Shown here: in pieces, positions 35,958 through 44,619 of the stretch | Position numbering within the stretch: position 1 is the stretch's first letter | How the letters are laid out: each line of letters starts with the position of its first letter | IMG/VR virus record: IMGVR_UViG_3300045988_174992 | Direction: 5' to 3' (one strand) | Source of the DNA: a virus | Length of the DNA: 64,000 bases | Made by a program: the position numbers and the translations under genes | The notes under the pieces: generated by a model | Database searches by the model: none | The model's input: only the letters and a program-made list of their open reading frames with translations | Told to the model about the DNA's origin: nothing

Positions 35958-36563
35958 TTACTTTATAAATTCTGAATCATCTATAGTACATATCTTATTC
36001 TCTTTAAATGATTTCTGTACATCTATGATTCTCTGATTAGTACTTCCTCTAAATGGTATTGTTATGTTTCTTTTTTCCTTTACATAAGGTCCATCAATTA
36101 TAACATCACAATTCTTAATTACTTCTTTATGAGGATAATTATTCAAATCTTCAATGAAATATCCCGTATAAAGCCAAATACTCTTTTCTGGATATCTCTT
36201 CTTTATATTAGAAAGAAACTTAGCAAGTTCTTCTAATGCTTGTACAGACTGATCTAATGGGTCACCGCCAGAAATTGTTACACCATCAATATGTTCATCA
36301 CCTATCAAATTCAATATCTTGTCTTTATAAGTGATGTTTGTATATGGTACCATATCATCTAACTTATGACCTTGAGCATATTTCCAAGTATGCTTATTCT
36401 GACAACCAGGACATGCATGTGTACATCCAGATACCCATATAGTTACTCTAAAACCAGGACCATTATTGATATCTGGACCAGTAACTGCTATGATATGTAA
36501 GCCGTTAGACTTGTCTATGTGCAAGTTGTTAGACTTGTCTATATGTAAATCTTTTGTTTCCAT
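35958..36563 (-). CDS. nrdG: anaerobic ribonucleotide reductase activating protein (radical SAM)
   Basis: GPGFRVTIWVSGCTHACPGCQNKHTW (NrdG-type C.x3.C.x2.C cluster). SGGDPL motif. Sits immediately downstream of nrdD. Confidence 0.85.
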   Translation of the reverse strand: METKDLHIDKSNNLHIDKSNGLHIIAVTGPDINNGPGFRVTIWVSGCTHACPGCQNKHTWKYAQGHKLDDMVPYTNITYKDKILNLIGDEHIDGVTISGGDPLDQSVQALEELAKFLSNIKKRYPEKSIWLYTGYFIEDLNNYPHKEVIKNCDVIIDGPYVKEKRNITIPFRGSTNQRIIDVQKSFKENKICTIDDSEFIK

Positions 36564-36612
36564 ATTTATAATATAGAATCAGGATGAACTTAAGTTCACC
36601 CTGATTTGATTT

Positions 36613-37656
36613 TTAAATTAGATTTTGTTCTACATGCTTTAATCGTTTAGAAACTTCATCTTGTTTACCTTCATTCATATTGGAAACATCAGTACTAAGG
36701 TAACCAGTGACCATTCTTAGTTCCTCTATGTTATGGCTTCCACAATGTGGGCATGTTCCATTGAAATCACCTTTGCTATGACAATCTCGGCAGTAATCCA
36801 GTGGAAAATGCAAAGAGAAATATGGAAGATCCTTATCCATTGCATAAACCACTAATTCTTCACAAGCATCTATATTGTTAGTTGCTGAACTTGGCATTTC
36901 AACATAAGTGATGCATCCAGCATTACTGAACTTATCTAATTCACTTTCAATATCAATTTTCTTGAAGCAATCAATATCTTTATATACAGGTACATGAGTT
37001 GAATTTGTAAAGAATTTGTTATCATTATCAGTAACACCTTTAACATCATTACCATATTGTGCTCTGAATTTTGTCATTGCTGTCTTACAAAGTGATTCTC
37101 CTGGAGTCAAATATACTCCAAAATTCAACTTATCATTTTTCTTGAATTCTGCACATCTGTCATTGAATAGCTTTTCAATTCTCTTTCCAAGTTCAAGTCC
37201 TTGAGCTTCTGTCTGGTCACACCCAATCAATATTTGCAATGTTTCTGCTAATCCAATTTGTCCGATAGCTAATGTACCATGTTTCATAGCAGATACAGGA
37301 CCTTCTTCATGGATATATCCTACCATTGTATTGTTTGTCCACATGAATGGAGCAGACTTAGAATTCTGGCTGCAAATCAAAGTAAATCTTTCAAGAAGCA
37401 TTTCTCTTGCTTCATGGATCTTCTTATCAAGCAACTTCATGAATGTTTCTACTACATCTTTGCTACCAGATTCTTTTGCCATCATAGCTAAAGTAGGCAT
37501 AATGATAGTAACAGGGCAAATGTTTCCACGACCATCTTTTTGGTTTGCAGATAACATCCAATTGTCTTGTACTTTACCAGTTTCTGCTATCTTTTTAAAT
37601 ATTTCAAAGAAATAATTTGAATCACAATTGATATCATAACCATTATAAGTTCTACA
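36613..37656 (-). CDS. nrdD: anaerobic ribonucleoside-triphosphate reductase, exon 2
   Basis: Begins CRTYNGYD... after the intron. C-terminal Zn site CRDCHSKGDFNGTCPHCGS and glycyl-radical motif RMVTGYLS. Confidence 0.85.
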   Translation of the reverse strand, partial: CRTYNGYDINCDSNYFFEIFKKIAETGKVQDNWMLSANQKDGRGNICPVTIIMPTLAMMAKESGSKDVVETFMKLLDKKIHEAREMLLERFTLICSQNSKSAPFMWTNNTMVGYIHEEGPVSAMKHGTLAIGQIGLAETLQILIGCDQTEAQGLELGKRIEKLFNDRCAEFKKNDKLNFGVYLTPGESLCKTAMTKFRAQYGNDVKGVTDNDNKFFTNSTHVPVYKDIDCFKKIDIESELDKFSNAGCITYVEMPSSATNNIDACEELVVYAMDKDLPYFSLHFPLDYCRDCHSKGDFNGTCPHCGSHNIEELRMVTGYLSTDVSNMNEGKQDEVSKRLKHVEQNLI

Positions 37657-37953
37657 CATCTTATCTGTTATTACTAACAGGACTGACTATATGTTCCTTA
37701 TTATATAAATTGTATTTTCTATATATTAAGGCCTCACGCTCCGAATTGGTGCTTATCTCCAATTCTACTCCCTTACACTCATCAGGGATAGTCGATACAC
37801 CTTTATGACAATTAAAATTGTCAATTTAGCACGGATCTCATCCATCTATTATAAATGGACCTAACCGTTAGCAGCAGCTTATTTATTTTCTTATGCTGCC
37901 ACACCCATTAAGCATGGTTCGAGAGGTTTTAGATGGGCTGTAGTATTGCACTT
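37657..37953 (-). ncRNA. group I self-splicing intron (297 nt, no ORF) in nrdD
   Basis: Exon 1 ends ATGGGT (U at the splice site). The internal guide GCCCAT (37933-37938) pairs with exon AUGGGU, giving the U.G pair. The intron ends ...GATAAGATG with a terminal G. Joining gives VMSTMG-CRTYNGYD, matching the conserved NrdD ..PMGCR.. motif. Many hairpins are present, including the GNRA-capped CUGUUA-GUAA-UAACAG (37665-37680). Confidence 0.8.
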
Positions 37954-39408
37954 ACCCATCGTGCTCATCACTTCATATCTAGTGAATTTCTCTGCTGGTT
38001 TTACTTTAATTTCCCAACTATCTTCAATAGAGTCATAATGACCTTCTAATGACAAATAATCTTCATAATCTGGATGTTCTGACAACCATTTAGCAAATGC
38101 ACAGTATGTTGATTTGGAGAAATTGAGCAAATTCTTCAATGCACGATTCTTTTGCTCTCTATCAAATATATTACCTTTCCAGTTAGTACTCCAATCAACA
38201 TTACAATAATTAGGATAATCACGTTGTGTTGTAGATTTCAATGCTAATCTGAACAAATCATAGTTAGGACCAGGATTATTTTTAGAGCCATGAATTTCTT
38301 TACTGTATTGGAATATGCAACATGGGAATATAGCAGTACGATGATACTTACCAGTACCTTCCAATGTCATATTGATTAATGCTCTAATTATTTCACGACC
38401 TTCCTTTAAAGTACATGTACCATAATTGATGCTAGAAAATGGCAGCTGGGCACCACTACGAGATTGCAAACTATTTAGATTATGACTCATTGCTTCAGTA
38501 GCTTGACTTAATTCCTTCAATGTAGAATTCCAAGCCTTCTTCCATATCATTTTCTTCAATGGTTTCAACAATCCAACACCGGTATAAATTCTATCATCAA
38601 CACTTATATGTTTGATTGATTTAGGATCAATGTTAGGTTTAGCCCACTTCATCAATGGAATTCCATCACACCAGTTTTTGTAATGCTTAAAGAAACTCTT
38701 ACGGAAATATGGTATCATTGACCAATCAAGATGTGATGCAGAAATACCACCAAACTGTTCAAGTGATTGTACTTGGAAATTTACAGCTATCAATTGGAAT
38801 GCCGTACTTAATGAATTAGCAGGACGAATATCACACTGTTTCAATGTAATACCATGTTCAAGAAGAATATCAATCGGATCAGTTAAACAATTATGCTGTC
38901 CAACTGCAAAATTTGATAAATCATGCTGATAAACCATATTTCCTTCATGATTCTTTCTTGCCATCTTCGACATGTTGTTTTTCAAAGCATAATCTTTACA
39001 AACAACTGCTCCAGCTTCACCAATACGGCCACTAAAGCTGTTTTCATCAAGATTGGCATTCTGGTTTACTACATTCTTGGCATAAAGTTTTGTAGCAATA
39101 TTCTTAGCAAGCTTTGTATTTGATTCTCGATACCTAGATCTCTCTTCTCGGTAAATGATGAATTGTTCTGCTGCTTCATTCTCTCCTACCGACATGAGGA
39201 AATCTCTCAAGAAATCTTGTACAGTCTCAATATCAACTACATCTTCTTTCATAGTTTCTAACCAAGCTCTTATTGATTCTGTAAACTTACTAATTAGTCC
39301 ATCAGGAACTTCTTTCTTCACTCCATTCTTATATACTTTTTCAAGTGCATGAATTGGTTTGTTAAGATCAAAGCCTTGGACTTTACCATCTCTTTTCTTT
39401 ACTTTCAT
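37954..39408 (-). CDS. nrdD: anaerobic ribonucleoside-triphosphate reductase, exon 1 (ATP-cone plus core)
   Basis: N-terminal ATP-cone-like MKVKKRDGKVQGFDLNKP. The track ORF reads 20 codons into the intron before a stop. Confidence 0.85.
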
Positions 39409-39483
39409 AGTTAATTTATTTCAAAGATCTATTTGTAAAAGTGGAGAGTTAGATCTCCACTGTATATTAAAATAACTTCCATA

Positions 39484-39630
39484 TCAAATCACTTGTGGCA
39501 GCTTGTTTGCTACCAATATTCTGTTTGCTTCATCTAATTTCTGTCTTGTCTTTATATATAATCCAAATCCAAGACCAGTAATACTAGAAAGCAATACTAA
39601 TGTCCAAATACTTATTGTAATGTAAAACAT
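39484..39630 (-). CDS. small membrane protein (48 aa from ATG 39630)
   Basis: MFYITISIWTLVLLSSITGLGFGLYIKTRQ... The ATG is a few nt after the upstream stop. The longer track ORF overlaps the DHH gene. Confidence 0.45.
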   Translation of the reverse strand: MFYITISIWTLVLLSSITGLGFGLYIKTRQKLDEANRILVANKLPQVI

Positions 39631-39634
39631 AAAT

Positions 39635-40717
39635 TTATCCTCCGACTGTTTTATTTTTATTCCACTTATTGAACTTAGAATTACTGATAGTAAATCCAGC
39701 AGCACCTGGATGTCCACCTGCTGTCTTTACCAAACTCTTGATCCATCTTCCAAGATTGTATTCTCTATCATCATCTTGTCTTACATTATATACAGAACCA
39801 GACCATTTTCCATTAGGCAAATGTTTGAATACAATAGCATGATCTACTTTATCTGCTACTGATTCGAACATTCTGCTTGATGATGGACCTTGACAGAACA
39901 ATGCAACTGCCTTACGTTCCTTTCCATTGATAATGAACTTCCAATCAAAATCACCGTAGTTGTTTACTAACTGCTTATTCTTATAGTTTTCATAATCAAC
40001 AATACTTTCTGCTTCAAGTACGGTTTCACTAATGAAGTTTCTTCCATAATCAGATTCAGAACCATCATCATACATGATATGCTTTACACAATCATATACT
40101 TTATCAAAATCTAGCTCAAAGTCTCTATTGATTACAAGATTGACACCATAACAATCATCTAATTCAAGACAATACTGATTTGGATGGAAGCTGTCCCAAC
40201 CGGCAAGATATTGGAGCAACTGTGGCATATTACCCTTATTCTGGTTGATTCTAAGTACATCAAACAAATGTTCATAAACCAATCCAATTGTTGAAGTAGT
40301 TGTTGCTCTATATCCAGGTGTATCATCATACCCATGTTGCTTTGCTAATGCTAATGCTGGGCCATGATGGTCAAACCAACTAAAGCCTAAATGGCAATTA
40401 TATGCATCACGCAAGAACTTCATTACTTTCCAATTGTTGAATGAAATATCAAGCATATATACATGTCCAAATTTGGTTACCCAATTATAAGGGCACATAT
40501 CATTATTTCGGTCTTTAGATAAAGTATCTAGCATATTGTAATCTGCACCAAGCAAAGTAACATTTTCCTTCTTAGTCTGTAAATTTTTAGATATGCAATC
40601 AACAATCCAATGATACATCAATGCGGCAGAAAATACACCATCATTATCTTCTTTATGATATACAATCAATACTTTATTTTCATTCTCTTTTGTCAGTTTC
40701 AAAACATTCTTCATCAT
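39635..40717 (-). CDS. DHH/DHHA1-family phosphoesterase (NrnA/RecJ-like)
   Basis: Motif I is VYHKEDNDGVFSA, motif III is WFDHHGP, and the DHHA1 signature is TAGGHPGAAGFT. Confidence 0.8.
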   Translation of the reverse strand: MMKNVLKLTKENENKVLIVYHKEDNDGVFSAALMYHWIVDCISKNLQTKKENVTLLGADYNMLDTLSKDRNNDMCPYNWVTKFGHVYMLDISFNNWKVMKFLRDAYNCHLGFSWFDHHGPALALAKQHGYDDTPGYRATTTSTIGLVYEHLFDVLRINQNKGNMPQLLQYLAGWDSFHPNQYCLELDDCYGVNLVINRDFELDFDKVYDCVKHIMYDDGSESDYGRNFISETVLEAESIVDYENYKNKQLVNNYGDFDWKFIINGKERKAVALFCQGPSSSRMFESVADKVDHAIVFKHLPNGKWSGSVYNVRQDDDREYNLGRWIKSLVKTAGGHPGAAGFTISNSKFNKWNKNKTVGG

Positions 40718-40959
40718 TAATCTTTATTTAAATTTTTAAACTCTTCTTGAATTACTATTACAACTACATAGGCAAATGCTGTAAACACCATTGATATTAT
40801 CACATAAAATGATGTTGCAAATATGCACATACCCATTTTTTCTTCAACTAAGTTTGTTGCAAAAAAATTCCAAGAAATATAGCATATAACAGCATATACA
40901 ATGCATGGAAGTATTATTGTTCCAATATTACAATCTTGTATTAATTTCATAATTTTCAA
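40717..40959 (-). CDS. small membrane protein (80 aa)
   Basis: Two or three hydrophobic segments. Start/stop overlaps with neighbours. Confidence 0.55.
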   Translation of the reverse strand: MKIMKLIQDCNIGTIILPCIVYAVICYISWNFFATNLVEEKMGMCIFATSFYVIISMVFTAFAYVVVIVIQEEFKNLNKD

Positions 40960-41177
40960 ATATCTAATTCTGTAAACATGAATGTCAATATTACAATTAT
41001 GATTATAGTAAATAAAGTCATGAGTACCAAATGGTGAATCATAATTTCTTTACCTGTATATTCAACACCATATTTCAATATAAGCCAAACTATCCCAAAG
41101 AAAATAGAATATAAGATACAAAAAGCTTTATGGGTGAATTTCTTACTCTGAATGAGTTCTCTCATATTCATCATCAC
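40956..41177 (-). CDS. small membrane protein (73 aa)
   Basis: Two hydrophobic segments. Confidence 0.55.
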   Translation of the reverse strand: MMMNMRELIQSKKFTHKAFCILYSIFFGIVWLILKYGVEYTGKEIMIHHLVLMTLFTIIIIVILTFMFTELDI

Positions 41178-41338
41178 TGCTAATCATTAAACAAACTATA
41201 CTAACAAACACAAAAAACAGATATACTAAGATGAATCCTGGAATAGTATTTTCTCCAACATTATTCAATCACATCAATGCTACAATCATCAATGTTGCAA
41301 TGGTATAAGTTTTGAATCCATCTTTCTGTATCTTATCT

Positions 41339-41635
41339 CTAAAAAATGTATTTATCGAAATTGTTACCTTCATTTCTTTCTTTTTCATCTAACCATTCTG
41401 TTAATGGAATTCCACCACATATAATGAATCCTACAAATACTAAACTAGCAGAAATCGTTGTCATAAAGATTGACAAACAAAAATCTATAGTTCTGCTAGT
41501 ATTACCCATAAAATAATTGGTCAATGGATAAGACAATATGGCAGAAATCAATGAAATAACACCATAATATCCATATAAACCTAATTCATATATAGTTGGA
41601 ATTTTTCTATTCTTTACTATTGTTGTCTTCATCAT
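41339..41635 (-). CDS. small membrane protein (98 aa)
   Basis: Three hydrophobic segments. Confidence 0.55.
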   Translation of the reverse strand: MMKTTIVKNRKIPTIYELGLYGYYGVISLISAILSYPLTNYFMGNTSRTIDFCLSIFMTTISASLVFVGFIICGGIPLTEWLDEKERNEGNNFDKYIF

Positions 41636-41855
41636 GAATATGCTTAGTAAAATCTACTTCTTCTTTAACATTAGTAATATTCACATCAGTAATCTTAACA
41701 TGCCTAGCAATATTTTTAGCCTCTTGTTCATTAGTGGCAATAATGCTTATAGACAATGGAATTACTCTACTAGTAAACTGACCATATACTGTAATATCAG
41801 CATGTACTTTAAATAGTTTCTTATCTCTTAAGTTTTCTACATTAACATCCACCAT
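41607..41855 (-). CDS. hypothetical protein (82 aa)
   Basis: ORF that overlaps the next gene by 29 nt. Confidence 0.5.
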   Translation of the reverse strand: MVDVNVENLRDKKLFKVHADITVYGQFTSRVIPLSISIIATNEQEAKNIARHVKITDVNITNVKEEVDFTKHIHDEDNNSKE

Positions 41856-41871
41856 AATCTATATATCAAAT

Positions 41872-42069
41872 TTAAAAAATCAAACATAATATGACAAAGA
41901 TAGCTATACACCAGAAAATGAAGCTACCTATTGCCTTCAAAACAAATCCTCCCATGAAAGCAATACTTCCAACAAACAGTTTTATTAATCCTACCACTAT
42001 AAACAGGACAAGTACTGTAATGAAAAGACCTGCTAATAAAGTAATTATTCCAAAAATCAATTCTATCAT
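41872..42069 (-). CDS. small membrane protein (65 aa)
   Basis: Almost entirely hydrophobic (two TM segments). Lies downstream of promoter 42088-42124. Confidence 0.55.
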   Translation of the reverse strand: MIELIFGIITLLAGLFITVLVLFIVVGLIKLFVGSIAFMGGFVLKAIGSFIFWCIAIFVILCLIF

Positions 42070-42087
42070 AATTCTATCATTTTTGTT

Positions 42088-42124
42088 CAGATATAAGATA
42101 GAAAAATCTTGACTGATTTCAAAA
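42088..42124 (-). promoter_or_regulatory. host-type promoter
   Basis: Minus strand reads TTTTGAAATCAGTCAAGATTTTTCTATCTTATATCTG. Confidence 0.55.
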
Positions 42125-42141
42125 TTTTATTTAAATAAAAA

Positions 42142-42235
42142 GTCACACAGGGATGTTAAATCTATTTCAGGTATATAAATATACTCCTAAACAATTTTCC
42201 GCTCCCTGTGTGACCTAGGCGCTTTCCTAGAGAAC
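42142..42235 (-). repeat. GC-rich conserved intergenic element, copy C (possible structured RNA)
   Basis: Minus strand reads GTTCTCTAGGAAAGCGCCTAGGTCACACAGGGAGCGGAAAA...AACATCCCTGTGTGACTTTTT. The 12-bp stem GTCACACAGGGA/TCCCTGTGTGAC (42203-42214 with 42142-42153) closes a roughly 50-nt loop. The small hairpin is CTAGG-N6-CCTAG. Confidence 0.55.
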
Positions 42236-42236
42236 A

Positions 42237-42740
42237 TCATTTTCTCTTCTTTGGTTGTAATTTTCTATTAACAGGTTTATAAGTACAATTTGTCTTCATC
42301 TTCTTAAGCATTGCAACTTCAACACGTAAGGTCTTTACTTCTTTCATTAATGCAACATTGTCATTATGCAATGAATTGAGTTTAGAAAGTACAACTCTGA
42401 AATTAGCTTTTACAATAGAATCAGAACTCATGCTATTGTGATTGTCATTATTAGTAATGACTGTGGTAATGTTGTTCAGTTTCTTTACACTACATCTACA
42501 GTTAGGATCATGAACAACAAAACTTTCAGTATTGTCATTCTCATCAGATTTTACAATATTGATGAACTTATGGTTTTGATAGTCAAATTCCATCACTTTA
42601 CCTTCTGATGTCAAGGTATCACCTACTATGGCAATATCATTTGATTTACCAGTACATTTGTTGACAACAAGCATGCTTCCTGTAAGAAACAATACAAATG
42701 TTATAGCTGCTATAATAATACTTTTAATATTCACTTTCAT
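42237..42740 (-). CDS. membrane-anchored or lipoprotein-like coiled-coil protein (spanin candidate)
   Basis: N-terminal signal/TM IIIAAITFVLFLTGSMLVVNKC. C-terminal heptad-like LMKEVKTLRVEVAMLKKMK. Sits directly downstream of the endolysin. Confidence 0.35.
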   Translation of the reverse strand: MKVNIKSIIIAAITFVLFLTGSMLVVNKCTGKSNDIAIVGDTLTSEGKVMEFDYQNHKFINIVKSDENDNTESFVVHDPNCRCSVKKLNNITTVITNNDNHNSMSSDSIVKANFRVVLSKLNSLHNDNVALMKEVKTLRVEVAMLKKMKTNCTYKPVNRKLQPKKRK

Positions 42741-42761
42741 AAATTCAATAATTATAATATT

Positions 42762-43538
42762 CTATACTTCTTCTGTCATTTTATTGTGTTCTGCTTTTCT
42801 TCTGTTCTTATGTCCTGCATAATATATTCTAGAAATGTTAGCAGTTTTAACTGCCTCTATAGCATAAATCAAGTCTTTCTTGTTGATAGCTTTTGTCTTC
42901 TTATCATATCGACATGCCTTCATTCGTTTCCAGAACCTTGTCTTTCTTACACCATCTGGTCCACAATTGTATGTCAATGATGTCAACCCATCAACAAATG
43001 ATTGGGTATAGATAAATCTATGGTCAAGTTCAGAAAGCAATTCTCTTACATGAACATTGAACTTATCCATATCTTTATCAAATAGCTTATCAGCATATTC
43101 TTGACTTATCTTATGTGGAATATTATCTTCATAGATTACATGGCCATAACCTATAGTATATCTCTTTTCACCTTTAAGCTTGTAAGCGGTAAGGACACAA
43201 GATTCATATTTCTTGATGAACTCTTTTCCTTTCTTACTTATACTGGCATTCTTATATGTATAAGTATTAGTATGATGTTCGTGTACATCAGAAGATTTTG
43301 CCATTGTATTGATATCGATAGTCATCATTTCCTCAATACGTTGTACTCTTTCTTCTATAGTAAACGTATCTCTTACTACACTATATAGCTTAATATTCTT
43401 CCAAAGATGGGCACTGTCTTCCTTTTCTTTTATTAATGAATTGATATTAGGACTAGCATTAATGAACATAGGTGGTAATGTTCCAGACAATCCACCTAGA
43501 AATGCAGAACCTACTATCAAATATTTTATCTTCTTCAT
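42762..43538 (-). CDS. endolysin, GH24 (T4/lambda-type) lysozyme with N-terminal signal/SAR segment
   Basis: KGKEFIKKYESCVLTAYKLKGEKRYTIGYGHV matches the E...Y.D..G..TIGYGH lysozyme core. N-terminus is MKKIKYLIVGSAFLGGLSG. Confidence 0.75.
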   Translation of the reverse strand: MKKIKYLIVGSAFLGGLSGTLPPMFINASPNINSLIKEKEDSAHLWKNIKLYSVVRDTFTIEERVQRIEEMMTIDINTMAKSSDVHEHHTNTYTYKNASISKKGKEFIKKYESCVLTAYKLKGEKRYTIGYGHVIYEDNIPHKISQEYADKLFDKDMDKFNVHVRELLSELDHRFIYTQSFVDGLTSLTYNCGPDGVRKTRFWKRMKACRYDKKTKAINKKDLIYAIEAVKTANISRIYYAGHKNRRKAEHNKMTEEV

Positions 43539-43581
43539 TCTTATCTTACTTTAAAGTTAAATATTATACATATTGTTTTAA

Positions 43582-43618
43582 CATCTTAAATATAGAACAA
43601 ACATAAAAAAATTCAAAA
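43582..43618 (-). promoter_or_regulatory. host-type promoter of the endolysin
   Basis: Minus strand reads CTTTTGAATTTTTTTATGTTTGTTCTATATTTAAGATG. A 24-nt block (43578-43601) is identical to 44549-44572. Confidence 0.55.
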
Positions 43619-43684
43619 GAGGAAACCTTTCGATTTCCTCTTATATATTGATTATTCTAAATATTATACTATACTTTTTATTAT

Positions 43685-44167
43685 CTATTGCTTTAAAAAT
43701 CCAAGTTCGTAAATCATAGGTCGCATCTTATTAGCAAGTGTACTATAAAGCTCTTTAAACTTGTCCAAATCTTCTTTAGCATATTCCTTAGCAAGAGCTT
43801 TTATCTGGTACCATCCACAATCCCAATTATTTATCTGATATTCAGGATGTTCTGAATTGAACAACTCTCTATATTTGAAAGTCTTTCTGACAATTTCTGA
43901 GGCTTTATCCAAAACTACTTGTGCTTCTGAAGTAAGCGTTATTTCTTGAAGTTTCTTATATACAAATCTATCTGAATCAGTATGAACATCTAAATAACAA
44001 TCGTCATTATTAAATTGATTTGCTAAGTCTTCAATTTCTGACTTTGACATCCAGAAGAATTCGTTTTTGATATCCCAAAGTTTATCGTGATATTTTATAT
44101 TTTTTAATGAAACATCATATCCTCCAAATATTGTTAAAATTAGTGATCTTAATTTACATTGTACCAT
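43685..44167 (-). CDS. hypothetical protein (160 aa)
   Basis: ORF in a co-directional array. Confidence 0.6.
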   Translation of the reverse strand: MVQCKLRSLILTIFGGYDVSLKNIKYHDKLWDIKNEFFWMSKSEIEDLANQFNNDDCYLDVHTDSDRFVYKKLQEITLTSEAQVVLDKASEIVRKTFKYRELFNSEHPEYQINNWDCGWYQIKALAKEYAKEDLDKFKELYSTLANKMRPMIYELGFLKQ

Positions 44168-44315
44168 CCATTGTCATTCCAATCATGAGTGCACCAGTTA
44201 TCAGCAATAGACAACCAATCATGCAAAGCCAATCATTAGATACACGTCTTTCATTGTTTATCATATAAACACCAATACCTAAGAAAATCAATATAATTCC
44301 AATAAAAATCATCAT
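44154..44315 (-). CDS. small membrane protein (53 aa), not in ORF track
   Basis: Hand translation gives MMIFIGIILIFLGIGVYMINNERRVSNDWLCMIGCLLLITGALMIGMTMDGTM. Its stop overlaps the next start (ATGGTACAATGTAA). Confidence 0.45.
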   Translation of the reverse strand: MMIFIGIILIFLGIGVYMINNERRVSNDWLCMIGCLLLITGALMIGMTMDGTM

Positions 44316-44346
44316 AATCGTAAATTTTAAAAATTAAACATCTTAT

Positions 44347-44532
44347 TTATAAAGCATGAAAGATAATTACATAAACTATTATCATGAAATTAGGAAATAT
44401 CATTACCAAAAGTTTCAATATATTATATGTTAAATCATCTTCATATTTTGGCTTGTGAGTAAAATTCAATGTAAGAAGAATAATTTCAATAACAAAGAAA
44501 ATTACTAAAAATATAATTGAATTTTTATCCAT
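44347..44532 (-). CDS. small two-TM protein (61 aa), holin candidate
   Basis: Two hydrophobic segments. Its promoter shares a 24-nt identical block with the endolysin promoter. Confidence 0.4.
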   Translation of the reverse strand: MDKNSIIFLVIFFVIEIILLTLNFTHKPKYEDDLTYNILKLLVMIFPNFMIIVYVIIFHAL

Positions 44533-44552
44533 AATCTATATTTATTATTTAA

Positions 44553-44589
44553 CATCTTAAATATAGAACAAATGTAAAAAATTTCAAAT
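44553..44589 (-). promoter_or_regulatory. host-type promoter
   Basis: Minus strand reads ATTTGAAATTTTTTACATTTGTTCTATATTTAAGATG. Confidence 0.55.
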
Positions 44590-44619
44590 TATTTTTATTA
44601 TATAAAAGCAAACAAAAAA

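Noticed and set aside
36495-36548. A 24-bp tandem repeat lies at the 5-prime end of nrdG, giving the duplicated peptide LHIDKSN(N/G)LHIDKSN.
   Set aside because: The repeat is real, but it lies in the non-conserved N-terminal extension before the radical-SAM cluster. It is most simply a slippage duplication without evident function.
37778-37785. CUGAUGAG, the hammerhead ribozyme core sequence, occurs on the minus strand inside the nrdD intervening sequence.
   Set aside because: No matching CGAAA/GUC cleavage-site arrangement accompanies it. The segment fits as a hairpin loop (CCCU-GAUGAGUGUA-AGGG) of the group I intron, which explains the whole interval.
41178-41338. A small hydrophobic ORF on the minus strand is interrupted by an in-frame TGA (ATG 41289, TGA 41271-41269, then LNNVGENTIPGFILVYLFFVFVSIVCLMISS...). 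This could indicate TGA readthrough.
   Set aside because: It is a single isolated case. The upstream part is only six codons, and no other gene needs TGA recoding. It is more simply a decayed copy of the neighbouring small membrane-protein genes or non-coding spacer.
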